This document shows positions 23,601 to 34,559 of a stretch of DNA of 64,000 bases, one piece after another (positions within the stretch are counted from its first letter, which is position 1; each line of letters begins with the position of its first letter). The stretch covers positions 70,186,001-70,250,000 of the forward strand of contig NC_087436.1 of NCBI RefSeq assembly GCF_036321535.1, given 5' to 3'. Source of the DNA: Camelus dromedarius (Eukaryota). The translations under genes and the position numbers were made by a program. Below the pieces are notes generated by a model, which did no database searches, was not told the DNA's origin, and saw only the letters and a program-made list of their open reading frames with translations.

Positions 23601-26600
23601 AAACCAAACCCATTTAGTCCATTTTAGAAGGAAGGTGATCAGGCTGTCCTGACTTCCCTGGTTAATCCGCTGTCACTTAAAGATTATTTCTAAGCTGATC
23701 TTTACAGGGTCAGCAGCACAAGTGAATAAAGCACAAGTCATAGCATTTCTTAGGTTCTTAAGTGCACCTGAGCATGTTTCCACCTATGTGCAAAGTGCTA
23801 AGTGAAAGGAAGCTATGTTTCAAATAAAGCCTCTAATTTCCCTTATTTTTTTTTTCCTTTAAGGGTTTCAAACAGTTTATCTTTATTCCTTTTTCTGAAC
23901 TCTTCATCTCATTTGCTTACTATGAAGAGCATGGGGGTCATTTCACGGAAGTTGACTTTTAACAATTGTTTTAGCAGGTAGAAATATAACAAAATATTAC
24001 ATAATGCCACTGCATTAAAAATGAAGGTGGTCCAACTATGTGACATTCTGGAAAAGGCAAAGCCATTGAGACAGTGGTTGCCAGGGGTTAGGTGATATGA
24101 ATGGATGGATAGGTGGAGCACAGAGGATTTTTTAGGACAGTGAAGATACTCTGTATGACAGTATACTGACAGATACATGTCATTATGCATTTATCCAAAC
24201 CCATAGAATGTACAGCACCAAGGGTGAACCCTAAGATAGACTATGACTTATGATATGTCAGTTTAGGTTCAATGATTGTAACATCGGGTACCACTGTGGT
24301 GTGGAATGTTGACATAGGGGGTGGGTGGGAGATCCAAGAGAATATATGAGAAATCTGTGTTCTTTCTGCTCAACTTTGCTGTGAACCTAAAACTGCTCTA
24401 AAAATTAAAGTCTATTATAATAACAACAACCCCCCCAAAAAGATGATCATCAAATGATTATCAAGGAAAGATACCACAGAGGGGTTTTGAGAGACCTGTA
24501 CAGCATACATTTTTGGCTGCTGTACCTGAACAGCCTTGGATGCCCTAAGGATGAGATAATGTGTCATCTGGAGTAAAACCAGAGGCTGCAGAAGATAAAT
24601 CACTCAGTCCAACAGAGGCTGAGTGTGCAGGTGCTTATGTTATACAGCCCTTCCTTGCCTCTAAGGCCAGAACGATGCCAAAACCTTTAAGTTTCCTCCC
24701 AAAGAGAGCGTAGTCTGATTCAAGACCAGCCTTAAACTACAGGCCGTCTAACACTACAGATTAGCACAGGCCATGGGAAGGAACTAGACTGTAAAATTAA
24801 CCAAGGTTCAAGGGGGCCCTTCAGGGAGCCTCGCTCTAGACTAAAGTCAAGTCACTTACATTTAGGAGGGTCTTACATGCCATGTTCTGATTTTAGGCCC
24901 TGAAAATACAAGACAGTACAGTCCTCCCTCAATATCGGGGGTTCCAGGAGCCCCCTCAGATGCAGAAATCCATGGATGCTCAAGTCCCTTGTATAAAATG
25001 GCTGAGCACAATGAGTATAATGGGCTCGCTGATTCGTGGGTTGCACACCTGGGGACTTGAGCGACCCTGGATGCAGAACCTGAGGATGCAGAGGGACGAG
25101 TGCACTGCCTTACCTCTGCGCTCTGCAGCTTAAAAAGTGTGTCACATTCATTGTCTCCTTGTAAATTCAATTCTCCTTACAAAAGTTTAACCATCTATTC
25201 CTGCCTCACAGATGAGAAAACTGAGGCACACAGAGAGGTCCAAGTTGCCTCTATTATCATGGCTTCTGCTTTCAAGTCCTTTGTCTCTGCACCACTTAAT
25301 AGCCACTTCAGGGCTTCTCCTGGCCAGAAATACGATCCTAAGATACACCCAGGTTTCCTGGGATTGTGGCCCAAGAAACAGCTGAAAACTCGATCATGCG
25401 GGAGGTCACACTCCCTCTCAGCCAAAGAGAATTGGAACCGCTAGATCTGTGGTGCATTTTCCCCAGAACTGAAAGTGGGCCTTGCTCCTCCTCTTGTTCT
25501 GTTCCTCCCGAGTTCTGTTCCAAGTTGGGAAAATCAGGGCTAGCTCAGCTGGGTATCGTGAAGAAATACTTCCACCCGAACGGGTACTCATGTGACAGTC
25601 TCATTCACACCCTTTCCCTAAGTAATTTGCTAAAGTTCACATTTTAAGAATACTTGGGAGAAGGGACAATACCTGACATATGATAATGGGTAGATTTCCA
25701 TAATAGTGGATAGGGAAAAAAAGCTATCACAACGTATGGCCTCAGCCAGTGGGAGTTTTGCAGGTTGGAAAACATAATCTCTATTTTCTTGGTAGTAAAA
25801 AGGAAACATAAAATATGACTCCAGTCTGTTTTTAAACAGAAACCATTATATAGGTCAAGGGTCACATTCTAGTAATAGATTTAACAACTAAAATTTCCTC
25901 CCCTTGGATGTTGACATTAATAATTACTTTGGTCCCAACAATGTAAAAGAATCACGGTGTTGATTTTCTGTGCTTTTGAAATGATAAAGGAAACATAAGT
26001 TGCTATTAGTTACTGTTCTTAATTTCCCATTGTAGGCTGCAGTCTCACCCTGTGGATGAACAGGTAACAGTCTCCTATCCTAAAACATCTTGTATAAATT
26101 ATAGAGTTGGCTAGACCATGCCTAGCTGTAAACAAGGCAGCAAGGGAGGTAGATGAATGCATTCAGGCCTCTGTGTCCATCCCTCTGAGGATGTCCTAAA
26201 CAAACATGCATTTGCCTGAAATTCTCAGTGGAAGTAGCACAGCCCTTTGAGCAATTTACTAAGTAAACAGTTTTCACTTCCCATTTGAGATTCTCTTTAA
26301 CATACTTATGAGACCTAAGGGGACTCACCATACCTCCCTTTCCCTTAGTTTTCCCTGACATAAAATGGAGAGAAAAAAATACTTCTTGATCACTTACAAA
26401 TAAGCAAACATAAACAGCAGAGAAATATAAATATAGTGGTATATGACAACCCCATGAGAAAGACAGTAAATGCTACTCTGTGTGAGTCACCCTGTCATTT
26501 ATCTATTAGGATAGAAAATGAAGCCTACTCCTTCCCATTCTTGATGACAGAGTAAGGCAAGAGGAATGGGGCTTTTTTTTTCTTTAATTTTTTACGCTTA

Positions 26601-28813
26601 TATACTTGAATTTTCTTTCTATAAATAAAATCGCATGTTATTTTATTGTAAAAATTAAAAGAGCTCCAAGGGTAATGATAGGATTAGCAGAGTTGTATTA
26701 AGGTGGTGGGGCTATATGTAATCTGTTTCTTCAGTTTCCAGGTGGTCTGTAGTATGATGATACTGTGTAACTAAAAAATGCATATTCTGAAAAAATGTCC
26801 CGGGCTGAGGGAAACTAACTGGCTCACTCTGGTTTAGGATCAGCCGCTGCTCTCTGAAAAGCCCCAGACATGCCAGCTGTGCCAGGAAGACTGCAGCCTA
26901 ACAAAGGTAACGGTGGTGAGAAATGAACAGGTTCTTCATAGGGACGCCCACTGCACCCGAGCCCCGCCCGCTAATAGGGGTGGCCTGTGTAGAGTGCAGG
27001 GCGTGGGGAGGAAAGTAAGAGGAGCAAGTAGTTGGTATGTACCTATTTTTTTCAGCCCTATTAAGTCATGTCAGTAAACCCCCATTAAAATAAATACAAA
27101 TTAACTATATAATTTAAAATAAACATGAATGTACAAATATTCATTGAGCGCCTACTGTGTGGAATGTGCTATTCCATCTGCTGGAAAAAGAAGAATGAAC
27201 ACAGTGTAGACCAGGTCCCTGTTCTTAAGTGTATGTCCTTTGTGCCATCGTTTCACAGATGAAGAACCTTGGGTCAGAGGCATTAAGGACTTTTCCCAGT
27301 TACTTAAAGCTCAAATGCAGCATGACTTTGCCTACAAAGTCTACACTCCTTCTAGAACTCCGTCCTGCTTAGAACAGTTAAGACATGTTTTGGGAGGGAG
27401 GGTTCTTTGAATTTGGGGAAAACAGCCTTGGAAAGGAAAACGAGCTCTCTCCCCACCAAACCACTTGTTTTTCCCTCGGATCCTCAAGGATCTCTGCCTA
27501 AGGGCCCTCCCAGTGTGTTATCCTGAGTCGGCAGAGTGAAGGAAGCATTCAGGAAGAGTAAGTGTCCTTGACAGCCAGCTCTGTGCCTTGCTCGCTACAG
27601 TAGGGTCCCCCAGCATCAAATACGGTGCCCAGTTCATAGGAGATGCTTGAGAAATGCTATGGACTAATGAGTGTTGGAAACAAGTACTGAGAGGAAAAGG
27701 AAACATACCACCATTTGTGATCATGCTGCATTTTAACAGGCAAACTTGTAATATGACCTAGTCTTAAATTAGCAGTATCAAATAAAGATGAACTGCCTTT
27801 ATAGAACTGAAAGTTTTAATGAGAAAAATGTGTTCCAAAGCAGAAGAAGCTGCCAGTCTAATCCTGGCTTTTCTTAGCCATTCAAAGTAACTGCAACATG
27901 TCAGAGAAAAATTCCTCTCAAGCTTTCAAATAAAAGTGACCACCCTCCCTCCACGGCACCCTCAGGAAGATGAATTGTTTGAGGAAAAGTAGCATTATTT
28001 ATGGGGGCAGTTATTCTTCACAGCCTTTATACAGGGGCCCTTGGAACTGTGTGTGCACCACCCCATCACAGCCTTACCAGTGACACTGCCAGAATTACCG
28101 AAGTGCTGTCCCTCAGCTTGGCCACTAAAGATTCAAAATGCTTAATAAAGAGACTGATTTCCCAATAAACAGGATGCAGAAAGCTGTGCTCCTGCTGCAC
28201 TGATGTTCCAGAGGATGTGCTTCCAGAGAGGGCATCACAGGAAGGCATTAAGCACGCCAGTGTCTTAGGAATTCTACTTTCAGATCATGCTCAGCAAATG
28301 CTTTCACCTTAGGCTGGCTACCCAACCCATTGCAAGGTTCCTGCCTATGCTTTGGTACTTTAAAACTAATTTTAGAATTAGCCCACCTTAAAGTGAATAT
28401 AGTAAGTGAAAGTATTCTAAAGAGAAATAATTTGTGTATTTGTTCATTTGAATTCTGTGGAAATGCTTCTCTTCATTTAGCTCTAAGAACTAGACTGTGT
28501 GCTTCTTTGTAGAGACTGTGTTTGGTCAGATACCGTGTGGCACACAGCACACATTCAGTAGGTACTTGACTAGACGTTGAGCATTTATCATATGTGTGGC
28601 CTTTTATATCCTGTGCGTCTTTATGCCTTGATCTTCTGTTCCCCACCTGCCTTCCCCTTCTTCTTATAGAATGTGTGTGAGAACTGCAGAGGAACCTTCT
28701 GTAATGCCTGCTCAACAAACGAACTGCCTCTTCCTTCAAGTATCAAGCCTGAGCGAGTTTGCAATCCCTGTCACACAAATCTGATGAAAAAGTATTCCAC
28801 CAGCCCATCGTAA
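607..28813 (+). CDS. RUFY3: RUFY3 (RUN and FYVE domain containing 3), long FYVE-containing isoform; 5'-partial spliced CDS, join(607-724,1567-1668,5107-5230,5977-6038,7561-7626,8951-9020,12082-12174,13671-13754,15358-15525,16021-16118,20136-20255,21497-21596,23240-23304,26036-26063,26838-26906,28670-28813)
   Basis: All exons are bounded by AG/GT with consistent phases. Translation gives the RUN domain ([20 protein letters not shown]...[16 protein letters not shown]...[14 protein letters not shown]), coiled coils and a C-terminal Cys8 finger. GRSF1 is the expected neighbour. Confidence 0.96.
1567..1668 (+). CDS. RUFY3: RUFY3 coding exon ([34 protein letters not shown])
   Basis: ttgtag| acceptor, |gtatga donor, 102 nt; RUN motif GRAWLRLAL. 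Confidence 0.96.
2050..3170 (+). mobile_element. Old LINE-1 (L1M-type) fragment, ORF2 3' end and 3'UTR
   Basis: Typical L1 motifs: tacattaaaatgaagaacttctgttcatcaaaagac, ccagaatggctaaaatgaaaaagacagataatgccaagtgttg. Confidence 0.75.
5107..5230 (+). CDS. RUFY3: RUFY3 coding exon ([41 protein letters not shown])
   Basis: ttacag| acceptor, |gtatga donor, 124 nt. Confidence 0.96.
5600..5698 (-). mobile_element. tRNA-derived SINE (camelid-type), next to (TTTA)n at 5704-5747
   Basis: Reverse complement reads GGGGAGGGTATAGCTCAGTGGTAGAG...GGTTCAATCCCCAGTACCTCC plus A-tail; Pol III A and B boxes. Confidence 0.85.
5977..6038 (+). CDS. RUFY3: RUFY3 coding exon ([21 protein letters not shown])
   Basis: ctgtag| acceptor, |gtatgt donor, 62 nt. 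Confidence 0.95.
6552..6856 (+). mobile_element. 5'-truncated LINE-1 3' end with target-site duplication
   Basis: aaacaaacttatggttacc...actatacttcaataaaa plus A-rich tail; flanks taaatttagcagttga (6536-6551) and taaactcagcagttga (6857-6872), 14/16 identical. Confidence 0.85.
7561..7626 (+). CDS. RUFY3: RUFY3 coding exon ([22 protein letters not shown])
   Basis: ccccag| acceptor, |gtaagg donor, 66 nt; RUFY-family [10 protein letters not shown] motif. Confidence 0.95.
8614..8699. repeat. Compound (TG)n(TA)n(TATG)n microsatellite
   Basis: Read directly from the sequence. Confidence 0.95.
8951..9020 (+). CDS. RUFY3: RUFY3 coding exon ([23 protein letters not shown])
   Basis: tgatag| acceptor, |gtaagt donor, 70 nt. 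Confidence 0.95.
9871..10322 (+). mobile_element. LINE-1 3' end fragment (L1MA-like)
   Basis: ggacctggagggtattatgcttagtgaaataag...cctgaaactaatataatattgtaaatcaaatatacttcaaaaaaa. Confidence 0.85.
12082..12174 (+). CDS. RUFY3: RUFY3 coding exon ([31 protein letters not shown])
   Basis: caacag| acceptor, |gttaat donor, 93 nt. Confidence 0.94.
12983..13142 (+). mobile_element. tRNA-derived SINE (camelid-type)
   Basis: GGGGAGGGTATAGCTCAGTGGTAGAGTGCGTGCTTAGC...GAGTTCAATCCCCAGTACC plus A-rich tail. Confidence 0.88.
13671..13754 (+). CDS. RUFY3: RUFY3 coding exon ([28 protein letters not shown])
   Basis: ttcaag| acceptor, |gtaaac donor, 84 nt. Confidence 0.94.
15358..15525 (+). CDS. RUFY3: RUFY3 coding exon ([56 protein letters not shown])
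   Basis: gggcag| acceptor, |gtaaga donor, 168 nt; coiled coil. Confidence 0.96.
16021..16118 (+). CDS. RUFY3: RUFY3 last shared coding exon ([32 protein letters not shown])
   Basis: taacag| acceptor, |gtaaca donor, 98 nt. Confidence 0.95.
16500..17200 (-). mobile_element. Degenerate LINE-2 fragment (bounds approximate)
   Basis: L2-like pyrimidine-rich sequence (gctcaaatgccacc, gagttccttgagg) ending in tgaatgaatg. Confidence 0.55.
17633..17705 (+). CDS. RUFY3: RUFY3 alternative terminal coding exon of the short FYVE-less (singar1-type) isoform ([24 protein letters not shown])
   Basis: Long pyrimidine tract then atatag| acceptor; phase matches exon 16021-16118; TAG at 17703-17705; C-terminus matches the known short RUFY3 isoform. 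Confidence 0.93.
17706..19910 (+). other. RUFY3: 3'UTR of the short RUFY3 isoform (end approximate; several AATAAA, distal one at 19882-19887)
   Basis: AU-rich stretch with no repeat I could recognise; AATAAA followed by a U-rich downstream element. Confidence 0.6.
20136..20255 (+). CDS. RUFY3: RUFY3 long-isoform exon ([40 protein letters not shown])
   Basis: atccag| acceptor, |gtgaag donor, 120 nt, phase 2-2. Confidence 0.93.
21151..21282 (-). mobile_element. tRNA-derived SINE (camelid-type)
   Basis: ggaggtactggggattgaacccaggaccttgtgcatgctaagcacgcactctgcccctgagctatacc preceded by poly-T; same family as the copies at 5600 and 12983. Confidence 0.88.
21497..21596 (+). CDS. RUFY3: RUFY3 long-isoform exon ([33 protein letters not shown])
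   Basis: tcccag| acceptor, |gtaata donor, 100 nt. Confidence 0.92.
23240..23304 (+). CDS. RUFY3: RUFY3 long-isoform exon ([22 protein letters not shown])
   Basis: tggcag| acceptor, |gtattt donor, 65 nt. Confidence 0.9.
24030..24420 (+). mobile_element. LINE-1 (L1MC-like) 3' end
   Basis: gacattctggaaaaggcaaa...ttttgctgtgaacctaaaactgctctaaaaa-like terminus. Confidence 0.75.
24919..25102 (+). mobile_element. TcMar-Tigger (MER2-like) non-autonomous DNA transposon remnant
   Basis: TA-CAGTCCTCCCTC start; aaatccatggatgctcaagtcccttgtataaaatgg core; degenerate inverted end. Confidence 0.7.
26036..26063 (+). CDS. RUFY3: RUFY3 long-isoform 28-nt micro-exon (LQSHPVDEQ)
   Basis: ttgtag| acceptor, |gtaaca donor; needed to restore phase between the 65-nt and 69-nt exons. 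Confidence 0.88.
26838..26906 (+). CDS. RUFY3: RUFY3 long-isoform exon, start of FYVE finger ([23 protein letters not shown])
   Basis: gtttag| acceptor, |gtaacg donor, 69 nt; CxxC. Confidence 0.92.
28670..28813 (+). CDS. RUFY3: RUFY3 long-isoform terminal exon, FYVE-like finger ([47 protein letters not shown])
   Basis: Pyrimidine tract and ttatag| acceptor; three CxxC pairs and RVC motif; TAA 28811-28813; AATAAA at 28922 and 28999. Confidence 0.94.
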   Translation, partial: NVCENCRGTFCNACSTNELPLPSSIKPERVCNPCHTNLMKKYSTSPS

Positions 28814-30509
28814 GACTGGAGGCCAAGAGCCGGACCAAAATGTCTCTACTTGTGTCAGATGTCAGGATCCCCTAGAGCCCAGACGTTAGAATCAACTCAA
28901 GGGTTAATTAAGAGTGACTTAAATAAACCAGGTCCAGGGAGAAGAGGCAGTGGTTGGTGGTGCCGGAAATTTTGCTCGTTTTCTCTAATGAATATATGAA
29001 TAAAAGTTACTCAGTTGAGCCTCTCTCTGCTAAATCTGAACAACCCCACTTTGCAGTGTTTATTTTATAGCATGTCTTTGGAGAGGTTATTCATTTTTAT
29101 GACTGGTGATAATAATACTGGGGTGGATATGAAAGGAGAGAAGATCCTTAGAAGATAAAAAGGAAAATGATCATCTCCCCCTATTTTTATTTGCAGATTC
29201 AAGGGGGAAAGGTAAATGTTACCTAAAATTGAAATGACAGGTGTTACATATTTTCCCAGGTGCTGCTACACATAAAGTTTCCTCTTTACCCCAACTGACT
29301 ACCTCTTCTTTAAAGTATCTCTACCAAACTGTGAACCCAAACTCAGGGAAAAAGTATTAAAGAGTAATATAAATTTTGAATGTACTTAAAGCAATATTAT
29401 AATATATTACAGTTTTAGGACCAGAATTTTTCTAGTCCTGGCTACAAGTGTTTTCATTATCAGAACGAGGAGGAGGAACACTTGCCGTTTTTTCACTTGA
29501 TGACTTCAAAAGTAAATATCTGCCCTTTTCAAAGTCTCCTACTGCAAAACAAGCCAACTGTCTTCCCCAGTCACTCATTCCTCTCTGGGTAATAATGGAA
29601 ATTAGAACTTTTAAAGCTAGGGTTTGACTTTTGCAAGTAGAAGATTTGAAGCAAAGCTAAGTCAGGTATAAAGTAAAACAAACTTAATTTGTCCATGGCT
29701 GAGAATAATTAGCTCAGGTTATTCATTAAATTCTTTAATAAATAAAGGATCCCTTATTCTAAGCTAGGAATCAGAACTGGTAGACCGGTTTCTTGGAAAG
29801 TACAATACTTAGACATCTCTTAGTAACAAACCCTTTGGGGGAAAAGAGGGAAATGCATTCAGCAAGAGAAGGAAAGAAATGGTATATGCTCTTTTGATTA
29901 CGTTACATATGTCTAGATTGTTTGATTCGAATTAAGACCTAAGAAGATACGATTCTGTAACTGCTTTAGAATTCTGAGGTGGAAACATCCTGGAACGCTA
30001 TTTGATAACTTCTGTCTCCTGAAAAGGGTTACAGCCCAGGAAGGAGTTGTTATTCCAGAAGTCTGGCCTGTTACTTGGTGAAGCTGAGTTTTAAGAGTAC
30101 CAGGGAAAAATAAAATCTAATAATTCTAGCCTCGTTTGTTGTCTCTTTTTTCCTTTTAAATATTTATGATTCTTCATCCTCTGTATTTTTGACCACCTAT
30201 ATGTGTCAGCACTGTTCTAGGTGCTACAAATGATGTGGGCAATTACCCTAAATCAGCAAAAGTTATTTTATAATTAGTTTTGAATTAAATTGGAAAGAGG
30301 CTGCTCTGTTCATGGAACATAAGAAGGAATAAGTAATTAGCCACTTGAAATTTGACTTTCAAATGCACATAAGCTATTTGGCTTTTTTTTTTTTTTTCCT
30401 TAAACAAAGATCTGTTACTAGTTCAGCTGCCCACAAAAGCAAGGGCACCAAGTCATGAATATCATGGCTTAATGTTATGCCTTTCTTCCTTAAAAATTGT
30501 GCTGTCCAC

Positions 30510-31735
30510 CATTTATAATAGCATCACCAAGAATAACATACTTTAAAATAAACTTAACCAGAGGCAAAAGACTTGTACACTGAAGACTACACATTGCCTT
30601 AAGAGAATAAATACACCAATAAATAGGAAGACACCTCATGTTCATGAATTGGAAGATTTAACGTCTTTAAGATGTCAGTACTACCCAAAACTATCTACAG
30701 ATTCAATGTTATCTCTTATCAAAAATCCCAGTATTTTTTGCAGAAATAGAAGCATTTATATGGAACTTCAACGGATGCCTAAATAGCCAAAACAATCTTG
30801 AAAAAGAACAAAGCTGGATGTCTCATACTTCCTGATTTAAAAACTTACTACAAAGCTGTTTCTCATCTCATTCTCCAGTAAGGGAGCCAGGGCTGCTTAG
30901 AGAAATGGCTGATTCCAGATCTGGGGCATATCAAAGGGATTCAGGAGCAAACTAATAGCCCCCAGTGGGTAAACCTGAAACAATGTAAGCAAAATAATGT
31001 AGAATAGGATTATTACCCCAAGTATAAATATCCATGAGTCCACATTATATAAAGGATTAAATAAATGGCAGAGTAATGTCTTATTTCCTACACATAAAAA
31101 TTCCGAATAATTTATGTAGATACTATTCCTTCAAGAAAGTGGAACTTACCTCCCCACCTTCTGAATGAGGGCTGTGCTTAGTAACTTGCTTCAAAAAAGT
31201 AGAATATAGAAAGAGAAAAAAGAAACTTTATAGTAACCTAGCAAACACTATTTTTGCCAGGTGATCAAAATCCACAAGGTCAGTGATAAGTCATGTTAAT
31301 AAGATGAATCCTTGATAAGATGAATGCAGGGAGCATGACACCTTTGTGTTCTTTCTCCCCAAACCTGATAACCGCAGTCTAACCCTGAGAAAAACCTCAG
31401 AAAACTCCCAACTGAGGGACTTCCAACAGAATACCTGACCAGTACTCCTTAAAACTGTCAAGGTCATCAAAAACAAAAAAGACAGATTGAGGTTAAGGAG
31501 ACACAATGACTAAATGTAATGGGGGATTCTGGAACAAAAAATACTAGGGAAAAGCTAATAAAATCTGAATGAAGTATGGAATTTAGTTAATGGTAATGTA
31601 CCGTTAGTTGCGGCAAGTACATTCCAAGATGTCAACAACAGGGAAACTGGGTGAGGTATATACAGGAATTCTATTTTTACAACATTTTTGTATATCCCAA
31701 ACTGTTCCAAAATAAAGTTTAATTTTAAAAAAAAC
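30510..31735 (+). mobile_element. LINE-1 fragments (ORF2 piece ~30510-30860, then old L1 3' region)
   Basis: ctacccaaaactatctacagattcaatg...aaacttactacaaagct (ORF2); later L1MC-like 3'UTR motifs. Confidence 0.75.
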
Positions 31736-32426
31736 TGTGCTTTCATATTCCAAACAACTACAGGTCTAACCTAATAGAATTTGACTGAACACCCTAAATG
31801 TAATTTATTTCCAAATAGAATCTGAGGATTTTCCCCAGCATGAGGATTTTAAATCAGATTTATAGCTCAGCACAAGGTTCTTGGATCATTCGTTATTCAC
31901 AGTCAAGTTATAAAAATATATGATGAAACTCTTATAAGGAATTTTACCTTCTGTGAAAGGATTCCAGGTATGTCCTAGTGATTATGAAGAAACTCACAGG
32001 GCCACTGTATATTACAGCCTTATTTCAGCTTTGCCAACAGAAAATGTAAGCCTTTTTAAAGATTTATATTTCAGAAGTGGTAAGTTTTGATTTATAGTAA
32101 AGCATCTTTCAAATAACTTAGCCTAATAACCCCCTAAATGTTTTCCCAGGTCAAATCTTAAATGATTCTTAGACATCTGCTGCCTTGGGGATTGTCCATC
32201 ATTAAGGTCTTCTATTTTATTCTCAGCATTCCTGAGGACAGTTGATTTTGTTAACATATTAATTACTTTTGTATAGGAGATTTTTGTAAGCATGTCAGTC
32301 AGTCCACCAAATCAGAAATCAAGTATCTGACAAGCACAATTTATACACCTAGAATAAAAGGCAACCTTTATTCAAAGATAGCGTATCACCTTGAAATGTA
32401 AACTTGGTTAAAAATAGAACCAGTGA

Positions 32427-33691
32427 GCAAGAGAAAAGCAACAAGTAATATACAAGTGAACTCCCACTAGGTTATCAGCTGATTTTTCAGCAGAAACTCT
32501 CCAGGCCAAAAGGGAGTGGTATGATATATTTGAAGTGATGAAAGGGAAGAACTTAACAAACAAGAATATCCAGCAAGACTCTCATTCAAATCTGATGGAG
32601 AAATCAAAAGCTTCACAGAAAAACATAAGCTAAAAAGAATTCAGCACCACCAAACCAGCATTACAACAAATGTTAAAGGAACTTTCCTAGCCATCAAACC
32701 ACGAGAAAAGAGAACAACAACAACAAAAAAAAACCCTACAAAAGATTGCTTTGGCAACTTGGGGTCTTTTTATGGTTCTATATAAATTTTGGAATTATTT
32801 GTTCTAGTTCTGTGAAAAATGTCATTGAGTATCGTGGTAGGGGTTGCACTGAATCTGTAGATTGCTTTGGGTAGTATGCCCATTTTAATAACAGTTCTTC
32901 TAATCCAAGAGCACAAGGTATCTTTCCACTTTTCTGCAACATCTTCAACTTCTTTCATCAGTGTTTTACAGTATTCAGAGTATAGGTAACTTCCTTGGTT
33001 AAGTTTATCTCTAGGTATTTTGTTTTTGATACAATGGGAATGTTTATGCCAGTTACAAAAATTCTGGTTTTTGAAGTGGGAAAAAGAAGGTGAATGAAGG
33101 GTTGCAAATGGCAAAATATCCTTTTTTATGGGTGAGTTGTATTCCACTGCATACATATACCAACCACATCTTTTTTATCTATTCATCTATTGATGTGCAC
33201 TTAGGATGCTTCCATATCTTGGCAATTATAAATAATGCTATTAATAGAAGGGTCTGTGTATCTTTTTTAATTAATGTTTTTGTTTTTCTGGGATATACCC
33301 AGCAATGGAATTGCTGGGCCATATGGTGGTTCTATTTTTAGGTTTTTGAGAAACCTCCATTGTTTTCCATAGTGGCTGCACCAATTTATATTCCCACCAA
33401 CAGTGTTCCCTTTTCTCTACATCCTTGCCAACACTTGTGTTCTTTTTGATGATAGCCGTTCTGACAGGTGTGAGATGGTATGTCATTATGATTTTGATTT
33501 GCATTTCCCTGATATTAGTGATGTTGAGCAACTTATCATGTTCCTGTGGGCTATCTGCATTTCCTCTTTTGGAAAAACATCTATTCAGTTCTTCTGCCCA
33601 TATTTTAAATAGGTTGTTGTTTGTTTCTTAATTGAAGTACAGTTGATTTAAAAAAAATAAATGCTTTGTATGAAAAAAACAAAACAAAACC
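32427..33691. mobile_element. Composite LINE-1-derived insertion (sense ORF1 end, two antisense ORF2 pieces, polyA) between 11-bp direct repeats
   Basis: ORF1p C-terminus (RLSADFSAETLQAKREW...FSTTKPALQQMLKEL*); - strand ORF2 peptides (ILPKAIYRFSA, YHLTPVR); AGAACCAGTGA at 32416-32426 and 33692-33702. Confidence 0.8.
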
Positions 33692-34559
33692 AGAACCAGT
33701 GACCATCTGTAAGAATTGCTGAGGATGTCAGATTCTAAGAGTTAATAATTAATCATGATAAAAACAAAACTCAGGCTTCCAGTGGGCAGCCAGGATGGAG
33801 AAACTGCACAAGTCTACAGGCAGCAGTACTGTCCTGCCATTTTGCAATGCTTTCTGGCACAAGAGTATCATTCATATTTAATTATCATGTGTATCACAAA
33901 TAGTTTATCTTTGTAAATTAGAACAGGTTAAAAATTAGCCCAGTATTATCACTTACATACCCCCATTTGCTCTCTTGAGGGGAAAGAAATGGATGCAATT
34001 ACAGCCAGCCTATCAGAAATTCTGAGTAACTCAGTTTCTAGTTAGCTCTTGGTCTTTATTCCCAAATGGCATTGTTGAGTGGCAGAAAGAAACGTTGAGA
34101 GCCTCTTTGTTTCAGTGAGAACCTGGTTATGCTCTGGGATCACAAGTCTTTGAAGACTTGGGTAAAGTTTCACAAGCTTCCTATTTAGTCAGGATCATGA
34201 TCTTTGTGGGTTTCACTGAGCTGTCAGTATTCCAGTCTACCCTGGCTACACACCTTCATGCTTTATCACCAGGTGCTTTCAAAATCATTTCACTGGGACA
34301 TCCTAATTCTGACACAGAACCTGGAAGCCATGAAAGGGGAGATTTAAACTGAGGAGGGAGTGCTATTTAAAGGTAGCTTATTCCCAGAAGGGTTCCTGCC
34401 AGTTACAAAAAAGACCAAATACAATGGTGGTCAATTAACATCACTGAAAGACCATCAGCGAAACTCACACTATGGAAACCCCTCAAGGTTAATCTTATTT
34501 CTTCTACAAATAAGAAGGGGAAAAGAAATGGAAGGGGAAACATAAATTAAGAAACAGGC

